A stretch of 18,361 nt of DNA from Candidatus Micrarchaeota archaeon (GTDB taxonomy: Archaea; Micrarchaeota; Micrarchaeia; Anstonellales; Bilamarchaeaceae): assembly GCA_040754495.1 (NCBI GenBank), contig JBFMCO010000044.1, forward strand, positions 1 to 18,361, written 5' to 3'. How positions within the stretch are numbered: the stretch's first letter is position 1; each line of letters opens with the position of its first letter. A model generated the notes under the pieces. It was given only the letters and a program-made list of their open reading frames with translations. It ran no database searches and was not told the DNA's origin. Positions 1 through 7,843 of this stretch are shown piece by piece. The position numbers and the translations under genes were made by a program.

Positions 1-13
1 CATCGGGGGCATA

Positions 14-1279
14 ATGTCCGCCCTCGTCCCGCCTTTCGACAACAACCTCACCCGCCTGCTGCGCGGGAGCGCCGAGCGCGAACGCCTGGACCAGCTCGCA
101 ATCAGATACAGGGGCTTCGGCCTCGACGGCCCGGTCTCGAGCATCGTGCTCATCACGTACGAGGACGAGGTGCAGATGCTCGCGTTCCGCGACAGGAACA
201 CCTTCAGGCCCCTGAAAATCGTGGTCGACCATGAGAACGGGCGCGTTTTCGCAGCTAGCGAGCTGCGCCAGATAATCGCGGCCACAGGCCTGGACACATT
301 CTCGTCCAAGGTGGAATCCTACTCCCCCGAGCCCGGCAAGTTCCTCTGGGTGTCGTCGAAGGCAGGCATAGTGGCGTCCGGCAGGAGCAGGAGGCCGTTC
401 ATCCCGGCCCCTGCAGCGGCGAAGCAGCCCGTTCCGCTCGCCGGCGCCCCCCACGAATTCGCAGGCGAGCGCATCGAAGGCCATATCCTCTCCGCCGGGA
501 TCCTGGGGAGCCACGGCGGGAGCTACTCCTCGGGGGACGGGACTCTCGAGGTGGTGGGCTGCGTCCAGGACAACTGCTTCGAGGCATCGAGCGTCCGCAA
601 TGTCATCGTGCACGGGACGGCGGGCATGATGCTCGGAAACGCATTCCAGGGCGGGCGCTTCTTCGTCCGCGGCTCCGTGGATTCGCGCGCCTTCCAGCAG
701 CTCCGGCCCAAGGACGGGCGCGAGCCGCTCGCCATAATCGGCGAGAGCGCCGGCCAGTACCTGGGCAAGATGATGAGCGGGGGGAAGCTCGTGGTGCTCG
801 GCCTCGAGAACCTCGGCAGGGAGGACGTGGATTCCCCGATAGTCGGGGAGTTCGTGGGGACGGGAATGGTGCGCGGCACGATTTACGTCCGCGGCTACGT
901 GATTGACGATTACATAAAGAGGCCGCCCCAGCGGCGCGATGTCATTGCGGTATGCGCGCAGCTCAGGGACGAGGGCCTGATTTCCGAATCCGCCATGCGC
1001 GAGATACGGCACAACCCGCTCAGCCTTCCCAGGATACGGAAAATCCTCGAAGGCTCGCGCCTGAGCCTTGCGAACCCGGATTGCGTCGGGAAGGCGATTT
1101 CGCGCCTCTCTCCGCTATACGACCAGGCGCTCGATGTCGAGCGCAGGGGCCTCAGCGAGCAGGAGGCCGCGGAGCTCGGTCCGGCCCTTGAGGACTATTT
1201 CAGGGCTTTCGGCCTTCCGGAAGAGGGATTGAGGCGCGTCCTTTCCTCCAATTACACCGTGATAGGTGTCAGGCCATGA
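14..1279 (+). CDS. Glutamate-synthase-like fusion: C-terminal part of a class II glutamine amidotransferase domain (GltB1-like) plus GXGXG domain (GltB3-like); probably 5'-truncated by the window edge
   Basis: LDGPVSS...RDRNTFRP...FAASE matches the end of Ntn/GATase-II domains. HGTAGMMLG, GESAGQYLGKMMSGG and GEFVGTGMVRG are GXGXG repeats. The frame stays open to position 2 (I-G-G-I before the ATG) and the N-terminal catalytic Cys region is not in the window. Confidence 0.8.
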   Translation: MSALVPPFDNNLTRLLRGSAERERLDQLAIRYRGFGLDGPVSSIVLITYEDEVQMLAFRDRNTFRPLKIVVDHENGRVFAASELRQIIAATGLDTFSSKVESYSPEPGKFLWVSSKAGIVASGRSRRPFIPAPAAAKQPVPLAGAPHEFAGERIEGHILSAGILGSHGGSYSSGDGTLEVVGCVQDNCFEASSVRNVIVHGTAGMMLGNAFQGGRFFVRGSVDSRAFQQLRPKDGREPLAIIGESAGQYLGKMMSGGKLVVLGLENLGREDVDSPIVGEFVGTGMVRGTIYVRGYVIDDYIKRPPQRRDVIAVCAQLRDEGLISESAMREIRHNPLSLPRIRKILEGSRLSLANPDCVGKAISRLSPLYDQALDVERRGLSEQEAAELGPALEDYFRAFGLPEEGLRRVLSSNYTVIGVRP

Positions 1280-2064
1280 TGCGCTTTGAGCGCCGGCTGA
1301 TGCGCGTGGAGCTCTGCCACCGCGCGTTCGCGGACGCGCGCACCGTGCGCAATCTCAAGGACGAGCTGCTTGGCGCGATGGGCGACTTCAAGGCCACCCG
1401 CGCCGTGCTCCGCGTGCTGACCGAGGGGCCAAGGGGGGATGCGCATTTCAGGCTGGAGGCGAATGTCCGGACCCATGCCGGGGAGCTCGCGGTCTTCGGC
1501 TGCAACGCCCCGGAGAGGACGCCGCCGGAAATGGAGTTGCACCGGGAAACGACCTATCTCGCCAAAACCCTGTGCCAGCAAAGGCGCCCTCTCCGGCAGG
1601 GCCTCGGGATAATCCGGCTTGATTCGGACCGCTCGGCGGCTGAGGAGGTTTCGGCGCTCCTTTGCAAAACATACTCGTCTCATCCGATGGGGCTGGACCC
1701 CGTGTCGGTCCTCGGCTACATGGAGCGGTTCATCTGCTATGGAGTTCTCGAGCGCGGCGCCATCGTGTCCGCGCTTTTCGGGCAGCCGCATGATTTCGGC
1801 CCGCTCAGAGCCGTGGAATTCACCCTCAGCGCGACATCCAAGGCGGCCCGGGGAACCGGCCTGACCACGGCGCTTGCAGCGCGCATAAAATCCGAGGCCG
1901 AATCGCGCTATGAGCGCCCGCTGATGATTGCAGAGACGATCGCGGCGCCCGTCATGCGCTCATGCCACGACCTAGGCATGCAGTGCAGCGGGGTCCTGCG
2001 CAGCCACTACAGCATCGGCATAGGGGAAAGGCTTTTTACCAACCTCTACCTATGGTCGTTATGA
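1276..2064 (+). CDS. GNAT-family N-acetyltransferase resembling beta-lysine N-acetyltransferase (AblB/YodP-like)
   Basis: C-terminal half (AEEVSALLCKTYSSHP...GAIVSA...VEFTLSAT..AARGTGLTTAL...LGMQCSGVL...NLYLW) follows the recalled AblB pattern (A-E-x-T-D-C-A-T, RGxGL acetyl-CoA loop, terminal N-x-W). ATGA overlaps with both neighbours. Confidence 0.6.
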   Translation: MMRFERRLMRVELCHRAFADARTVRNLKDELLGAMGDFKATRAVLRVLTEGPRGDAHFRLEANVRTHAGELAVFGCNAPERTPPEMELHRETTYLAKTLCQQRRPLRQGLGIIRLDSDRSAAEEVSALLCKTYSSHPMGLDPVSVLGYMERFICYGVLERGAIVSALFGQPHDFGPLRAVEFTLSATSKAARGTGLTTALAARIKSEAESRYERPLMIAETIAAPVMRSCHDLGMQCSGVLRSHYSIGIGERLFTNLYLWSL

Positions 2065-2852
2065 GGCTCGCTCTCGCGCAGATGGAGATAACGTACGATG
2101 ATGCAGAGGCCAACCTGGGGAAGATGCGCAGATTCATCGCCCGCGCGAAAAAAAGGAAAGCGGACGTAGTAGTATTCCCGGAAGACTCCCTTTCCGGCCC
2201 TGTCCGTGGGCGGAAGGAGCACGTCGACGGGAACGGCCTCTCCCGGAAGCGCCTCTCGTCTCTTGCGCGCAGCGGCCGCATCGATGTCGTCGGCTGCTTC
2301 ATCGAGTCCGTGGAAGGGAGATGGCTCAACACCGCGTGCTATTTCGACCGCAGCGGCAGGCTTCTTGGCGAGTATCGGAAAATCAACCTCTGGCATGGCG
2401 AGCGGCAGTATATCTCTCCGGGGAAGGACGTCCGCGTCTTCGATACCCGCTTCGGCAAGGCCGGCCTCGCCATCTGCTGGGACCTGGCGAACCCGCTTCT
2501 CTTCCGCCGCATGGCAGGGCTCGGCGCGAGGGTGATTTTCGTCCCGAGCTTCTGGAGCGATGCCGGCATAAGCAATTACCGGTACGAATCCCGCAACATA
2601 GACTCCCTCTGCTTCGTCCGGGCCCTCGAGAACGAGTGCGCGATTGCGTACGCGAACGCCGCAGGCTCATACCGGCCCGGGGACAGCCTCATCGGCCACT
2701 CGCAGGTTACGGTCCCCATCCGCGGGGCGCTGAAAAAAGCCGCGCACAACCGCGAAACCCTTATCGTGGCGGACGTCCCGGAGGCTCCGCTTGCGCGCGC
2801 AGCCAAGGTTTATAAGATAAGGAAGGATATCCTCTCCGGTTATCCCGGATGA
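2061..2852 (+). CDS. Carbon-nitrogen hydrolase (nitrilase superfamily amidohydrolase), 263 aa
   Basis: MRLALAQM start at 2061 (ATGA overlap with the upstream stop). Catalytic E-K-C motifs VVFPE, YRKINL and AICWD are present. Confidence 0.92.
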   Translation: MRLALAQMEITYDDAEANLGKMRRFIARAKKRKADVVVFPEDSLSGPVRGRKEHVDGNGLSRKRLSSLARSGRIDVVGCFIESVEGRWLNTACYFDRSGRLLGEYRKINLWHGERQYISPGKDVRVFDTRFGKAGLAICWDLANPLLFRRMAGLGARVIFVPSFWSDAGISNYRYESRNIDSLCFVRALENECAIAYANAAGSYRPGDSLIGHSQVTVPIRGALKKAAHNRETLIVADVPEAPLARAAKVYKIRKDILSGYPG

Positions 2853-4129
2853 AGCTGAAGCGCGAACTCGGTCTCGTCAGCACCACCCTTTACGGCATCG
2901 GAGTCATACTCGGCGCGGGCATATACGCCCTGATATCGGTGGGGGCGGGCCTTGCCGGAAACATGCTCTGGCTGGCGTTCGTCATCTCCGCCTTCATCGC
3001 CGTCTTCTCCGCCTTCAGCTACGCGGAGCTTTCAAGCATGTTCCCGAGGGAAGCCGCGGAATACAATTACACCCGCAAAGCGTTCGGATGGGAAAGGCTC
3101 TCCTTCCTGGTGGGGTGGGTGCTGGCCGCCGGGACCGTCATCGCCGCATCCACCGTGGCGCTCGGATTCGGCGGCTATTTCAGCTCGCTCACAGGAATCG
3201 AGCCGAAAGCCGCGGCGCTCGGCCTCATATGCGTAATGACGCTCCTGAATTACCTTGGCATAAAGGAATCGGCCAGCTTCAACAACATCGCCACTTCGCT
3301 TGAGATGCTCGGCCTGCTCATCGTGATCGCGGCTGCATTCTTCGTCCCCCCTCAGGTGGAGGCGGACCTGCTCCAGCTTCCGCCGGAGGGATTCGGCGGC
3401 ATAATGGCCGCGGTGTCCGTCATCTTCTTCGCTTATATAGGCTTCGAGAACATAGCGAACCTGGCCGAGGAGGTGAAGGACAGCCGGCGGACGCTCCCGA
3501 AGGCGCTCATCCTGGCCCTCGGCATCTCCACGCTCCTCTACATCATGGTCGCGGTCGCCGCGGTGCGCGAGCTGGGGTGGGAGGCGCTCTCGGAGTCCAA
3601 GGCCCCGCTCACGCTCGTGGTATCCCGCGCCATGGGGCAGTACGCCGGCCTGCTGTCCTACATCGCGCTGTTCGCGACCGCGAACACCGTCCTGATGTTC
3701 CTTATAGTCCCCTCCAGGATACTCTACGGCATGTCCTCGGGCGGCTCTCTTCCTATGCCTCTCTCGGCAATAGGCACGCGCGGAACGCCCTATCTCTCGG
3801 TCGCCCTTGTCGGCCTCGCTGCGGCGCTCATGGCCTACGCCGCGGACATCAAGACGGTCGCCCAGCTCACGGACATGGGGGTATTCATAGCCTACATTGC
3901 GGTTAACGCCTCGTTGATTGCGCTCGCAGGCTCCGGCCTGAAGAGGGGGTTCCTCAGCCCGCGCGTGGCTGGGGTGCCGCTGCTTGCCTGGCTCGGCGTT
4001 CTAGCCTCGCTCGGCATGCTGCTTTTCTTCCCGCCGTGGCTCTGGCTCGCCGAGGCAGGCATAGTCGGCCTGGGGCTTGCCCTCTACTATCTTACGAAGA
4101 GAGTTCCTGTGCCTGCAGGAAGAAAATGA
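2849..4129 (+). CDS. APC-family amino acid/polyamine permease
   Basis: LKRELG start, TM1 GVILGAGIY, SYAELSSMFP, FFAYIGFE and SRILYGMS motifs, about 12 hydrophobic segments. ATGA overlap with the nitrilase gene. Confidence 0.93.
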   Translation: MKLKRELGLVSTTLYGIGVILGAGIYALISVGAGLAGNMLWLAFVISAFIAVFSAFSYAELSSMFPREAAEYNYTRKAFGWERLSFLVGWVLAAGTVIAASTVALGFGGYFSSLTGIEPKAAALGLICVMTLLNYLGIKESASFNNIATSLEMLGLLIVIAAAFFVPPQVEADLLQLPPEGFGGIMAAVSVIFFAYIGFENIANLAEEVKDSRRTLPKALILALGISTLLYIMVAVAAVRELGWEALSESKAPLTLVVSRAMGQYAGLLSYIALFATANTVLMFLIVPSRILYGMSSGGSLPMPLSAIGTRGTPYLSVALVGLAAALMAYAADIKTVAQLTDMGVFIAYIAVNASLIALAGSGLKRGFLSPRVAGVPLLAWLGVLASLGMLLFFPPWLWLAEAGIVGLGLALYYLTKRVPVPAGRK

Positions 4130-5060
4130 CGGCCAGATATACGACATATAGGACGATGAACAGCGCGCCGCCAAGCCGGTGTATCTTCTTATTCACCGCG
4201 GCCGCATAGAGGAGCAGCATGTTCGCGATGACCGCAAAAAGCAGGGCGGCTATGAATACCGGCAGCGTAACCGATATCGGGTTGATGGCCGCGGCCGTCC
4301 CCAGGACGAGGGTTATGTTGGCCATGTTGCTCCCTATTGCGTCGCCAAGGGCGATGCCATAGTGCTTCTTCCTTATTGCCTGCAGGTCTATGGACAGCTC
4401 CGGAAGCGAAGTGCCGACCGCTATTATGGTGGCGCCTATGAAGCTCTCGGCGACCCCAAGAAGGCGCGCCAGCGCCACGGCGGAATTCACTACAAACCCC
4501 GAGCTGACTATGACGATTACGACGCCAGCACCGAACAGCAGGAACGCCCTGAGCGCCTCCTTTTTCGATACCTCCCCGTTGTCGCCATTGTTCTCTACGG
4601 ATTTCCTCTGCATGGAGTACCAGGCGAATGCCGCGAACACTGCGAGCAGCAGCGCCCCCTCCATGAAGCCCAGAGCCCTCTGCTGTACCGAGCTGTTGAA
4701 TATGATGTAGACGGAGATGATGGTGGTGAGGAGCAGGACCAAGCCTATATCCCTCAGGTTCGCCGGGCTTATCCTCAGGCCGTAGAGGAACGAGCCAATA
4801 CCGAGTATCAGCAGTATGTTCGCTATATTGGAGCCGAAGACGTTGCCTGCCGCTATCGCCCCCTCTCCAATGGTAGACGAAACGACCGAGACCGAGAGCT
4901 CGGGCAGGCTGGTAGCCACTGCAAGGAGGAGGAACCCTATCGCGACCTGGCTTATGCTGAAGAATCTCGAGAGCTTCGCAATGTTGCCGACTACTAGACT
5001 GGAAGAGCGCGAGAGGACGACAACCGAAATGACCAGCGTCGCTACTTCTGCGAAAACCAT
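4092..5060 (-). CDS. Ca2+/Na+ (CaCA, YrbG-like) antiporter, 322 aa
   Basis: Two alpha-repeats, LAVATSLPEL...GNVFGSNIAN and IAVGTSLPEL...GDAIGSNMAN. Start moved to ATG 5060 because the longer ORF overlaps the divergent gene and a TATA-like box lies about 26 bp upstream of 5060. Confidence 0.92.
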   Translation of the reverse strand: MVFAEVATLVISVVVLSRSSSLVVGNIAKLSRFFSISQVAIGFLLLAVATSLPELSVSVVSSTIGEGAIAAGNVFGSNIANILLILGIGSFLYGLRISPANLRDIGLVLLLTTIISVYIIFNSSVQQRALGFMEGALLLAVFAAFAWYSMQRKSVENNGDNGEVSKKEALRAFLLFGAGVVIVIVSSGFVVNSAVALARLLGVAESFIGATIIAVGTSLPELSIDLQAIRKKHYGIALGDAIGSNMANITLVLGTAAAINPISVTLPVFIAALLFAVIANMLLLYAAAVNKKIHRLGGALFIVLYVVYLAVIFFLQAQELSS

Positions 5061-5073
5061 CCCTGTAGCAACC

Positions 5074-5090
5074 CATATAAATTTTAAATG
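5074..5090. promoter_or_regulatory. Near-palindromic bidirectional TATA element between the two antiporter genes
   Basis: CATATAAA-T-TTTAAATG (7/8 inverted match) sits in a 43-bp gap, roughly 26 bp from each start codon (5060 and 5104). Confidence 0.6.
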
Positions 5091-5103
5091 CCTAACGGCC
5101 TCG

Positions 5104-6390
5104 ATGAAACAAGCAATAGGCAGACTGGCGCCTCTGGCCCTGCTGGCGGTCTTCTTCATCCTCGTTCTGTCTGTATTGCGCGCGAGCGTGTTCGGGCAGG
5201 TGGAGGAGGAGAAGCACGTCTATTTCGAGATAGTCTTCCTGCTGCTTCTTGCCGTAGTGGGCGAGCTTTCGGTTCTTTATTTCCGCCAGCCGTCCGTCAT
5301 GGTCCTGATGCTCCTGGGCATAATGATGAGCCCGACCTTCCTCGCCCTCGAGTGGGGCCTGCTGAAGTCGCTGCCCCTCGGTCTTCCCCAGGAGCCACCC
5401 GAGATATTGCGCTCCGAGGCGATAATCCACGTTTTCGCTCAGCTGGGCGCCATCGTCCTGCTTTTCAAGGTCGGCCTGCACAATAAGATTGAGGGCATAT
5501 TCGCCCTGGACAACCTGGTAGTGGCCGCCGCCGGCGTCATCCTTCCGTTCGCCGTGGGCTACGTTTATGCATCTTCGGCCGGCGGCGATTTCGCATACTC
5601 CATGTTCATGGGCGCTGCCCTCACTGCCACGAGCGTGGGCGTAACGGTTGCGCTCCTCAAGGAAGCGGGACTCATGCAGGAGCGTTTCGCGCAGATTATC
5701 ATCGGCGCGGCGGTGCTTGACGATGTCCTGGGCCTGCTCGTGCTCTCATTCGTGATAAACCTGACCGGCGGCGCCGTGTCGCTTGAGCCCCTCGTCCTCA
5801 CCCTAGTCACTGCCGCCGTCTTCCTGGCAGGGGGCGTGGTTGCCGGGGAGCACTTCCTGTCCTATCTTGACAGGAAGGAGATGAGCCCGAGGCGTTTCCT
5901 GCTCGTCCTGGCCTTCATGCTCTTCTACTCGTACGTGGCCGAGTACATCCGCCTCTCGGCCATCGTGGGGGCATTCATAGCGGGAGTAATACTCAACAGG
6001 AGCAGGCACATAAAGGACATTGAGGAGAAGACCTACGGACTCGAAATGCTTTTTATGCCCATCTTCTTCATCTCGCTCGGCATCCTGGTGGATGTGAATG
6101 CACTCGCTGCCTTCGCGGTGCCTATACTCCTCCTCACAGTGCTCGCCATGCTGAGCAAGGTCGTAGCTTGCGGCGCGGCAGGGCTGTGGGCGAAACTGAA
6201 AGCAAGGGAAGCGCTGATGGTGGGTATAGGCATGGCACCCCGCGGCGAGGTCGCGCTCATCGTGGCTTCGCTCGGCCTCACGACGGGCGTACTGACCGCG
6301 GCACAATATTCGGTCATCTCGGCGATGGCCCTGCTGACTACTTTCGCCGCCCCGCCTCTCCTAGGGCTTCTCATGGAGAAGAAGGGATAA
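5104..6390 (+). CDS. Cation:proton antiporter, CPA2 (NapA/Kef-like) family, 428 aa
   Basis: LLFKVGL, GAALTATSVGVT, AAVLDDVLGL, FMPIFFISLG and GMAPRGEVALI motifs, polytopic hydrophobic. Start set at ATG 5104. Confidence 0.92.
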   Translation: MKQAIGRLAPLALLAVFFILVLSVLRASVFGQVEEEKHVYFEIVFLLLLAVVGELSVLYFRQPSVMVLMLLGIMMSPTFLALEWGLLKSLPLGLPQEPPEILRSEAIIHVFAQLGAIVLLFKVGLHNKIEGIFALDNLVVAAAGVILPFAVGYVYASSAGGDFAYSMFMGAALTATSVGVTVALLKEAGLMQERFAQIIIGAAVLDDVLGLLVLSFVINLTGGAVSLEPLVLTLVTAAVFLAGGVVAGEHFLSYLDRKEMSPRRFLLVLAFMLFYSYVAEYIRLSAIVGAFIAGVILNRSRHIKDIEEKTYGLEMLFMPIFFISLGILVDVNALAAFAVPILLLTVLAMLSKVVACGAAGLWAKLKAREALMVGIGMAPRGEVALIVASLGLTTGVLTAAQYSVISAMALLTTFAAPPLLGLLMEKKG

Positions 6391-6422
6391 TCATTTTATA
6401 CCCCGTGCGCCGAGAGAACCCT

Positions 6423-7790
6423 ATGGGAAAAGTCAGCATAGTAATACCTGCCCTCAACGAGGGGCGGACAATAGGCCCGACAGTGAGGGAATGCCTGAAA
6501 TCCCGCGCGGTTCTGGAAGTGGTAGTAGTCGATGATAAATCCAGCGACAGGACTGCGGAGCTTGCGCGGGAGGCCGGGGCTCGCGTACTGGTCAGCCAGG
6601 TCCGGGGAAAGGGCAAGTCAATGGAGGACGGCCTTGCCGCGGCGCGAGGGGAAATCGTGGTTTTCGTTGACGCGGACATAAGGAATTTCAGCAGCGGCAT
6701 GATAGACGCAATAACCAGCCCGATTCTCGAGGACCGGTGCGATTTCGTGAAATCGGCGTACGGCCGCAGGAGCGGGCGCGTCACGGAAATCCTCGTCAAG
6801 CCGCTTCTATCCGAGCTTTTTCCGCCTCTCGTAGATTTCAGGCAACCTCTCAGCGGCATCATCGCGGGCAAGGCCGGATTCTTCAGGAAGGTGGGCTTCG
6901 AGAACGATTACGGTGTGGACGTAGGCATTCTCATAGACATGGTGAACGCCGGCGCGAGGATAATGGAGGTGGACATCGGCTACATCGAGCACAAGATGAA
7001 GCCGTGGAGGAAGCTGCGGGGGATGGCCGGGGAGGTCACACGCTCCATTTTGAAACGGGCGAAGATGACCAACCGCATGCTACAGGACGGGCTCATCGCG
7101 GAAGCGTCCCTGCTGGGAGGCATCGTGACGAAAAGCGCCGAGGTCGCATTTCCCATTGACCGCATCGCATTCATCGACATAGACGGGACCCTCATCCGCC
7201 AGAGGTTCATCTTCGCATTCGCGAAGAAGCGGTCTTTCCATGACGCCCTCGCAAGCCTCTCGTCTTCTGTCATAGAGGGGTACTCCCGGACCAAGGCAAT
7301 CGCCGGCCTAATGAAAGGGGCCATGCGCGATGAAATCTCTGCCTTCTCGAAGCGCATGCGTCTCAGTTCCAACGTCGATTCGTTCATGGGCCGCCTCAGG
7401 AAAAACGGCTATTACACCGTCCTGGTGACCGACGGCTACGAGGCCGTGGCCAAGGCTGTCGCGGACCGCGTAGGGGCAGACGCCATCATAGCGAACCGCC
7501 TCAGGTACGATAAAGGTGTGTGCACTGGTGATATCGAGATAAACCCCCTCTTCCTTCCCCTCGGTCCGTCATGCGCGAATCATGCTGTATGCAAGCTGAC
7601 TGCGGCCATGCGGTTCTGCAGGATGCATGAAGTGGCTTTCGAGAAGACCTTTGCCATAGGCAATAGCGAAAACGACGCCTGCCTGCTCCGTTTCGCCAAC
7701 ATCAGCTACGCCTACCGCCCCGCGGGCGCGGAAGTGGCCGCCTCCGCAAAATACGTGATAAAAGACATGGCCGAAGCCAAGATATTCTGA
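6423..7790 (+). CDS. Fusion of a GT-A glycosyltransferase (glucosyl-3-phosphoglycerate synthase-like) and a HAD-IB phosphatase, 455 aa
   Basis: N-terminal VIPALNE, VVDD.S.D.T, FVDAD (DxD), QPLSG and YGVDVGILID. C-terminal FIDIDGTL (HAD motif I), VLVTDG (II), CKL (III) and AIGNSEND (IV). Confidence 0.85.
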   Translation: MGKVSIVIPALNEGRTIGPTVRECLKSRAVLEVVVVDDKSSDRTAELAREAGARVLVSQVRGKGKSMEDGLAAARGEIVVFVDADIRNFSSGMIDAITSPILEDRCDFVKSAYGRRSGRVTEILVKPLLSELFPPLVDFRQPLSGIIAGKAGFFRKVGFENDYGVDVGILIDMVNAGARIMEVDIGYIEHKMKPWRKLRGMAGEVTRSILKRAKMTNRMLQDGLIAEASLLGGIVTKSAEVAFPIDRIAFIDIDGTLIRQRFIFAFAKKRSFHDALASLSSSVIEGYSRTKAIAGLMKGAMRDEISAFSKRMRLSSNVDSFMGRLRKNGYYTVLVTDGYEAVAKAVADRVGADAIIANRLRYDKGVCTGDIEINPLFLPLGPSCANHAVCKLTAAMRFCRMHEVAFEKTFAIGNSENDACLLRFANISYAYRPAGAEVAASAKYVIKDMAEAKIF

Positions 7791-7810
7791 TTTGCCCCAT
7801 CAGCCCTCTA

Positions 7811-7840
7811 CACCCGAAACTGGGAACTGGAAACCGGGTG
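7811..7840. repeat. Short inverted repeat enclosing three tandem heptamers, between convergent genes
   Basis: CACCCG (7811-7816) and CGGGTG (7835-7840); AAACTGG GAACTGG AAACCGG at 7817-7837. Confidence 0.5.
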
Positions 7841-7843
7841 CAT

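Noticed and set aside
4179-5076. Long alternative ORFs (4179-4997 +, 4189-5076 -) overlapping the CaCA gene
   Set aside because: No recognisable motifs, Arg/Gly/Pro-biased; shadow frames of a GC-rich gene with clear family motifs.
4816-5103. N-terminal extensions given by the ORF track (also 1962-2060, 5061-5159, 6168-6422, 9281-9379, 13099-13182)
   Set aside because: They overlap neighbouring genes or promoters; family-typical N-termini begin at the later starts used.
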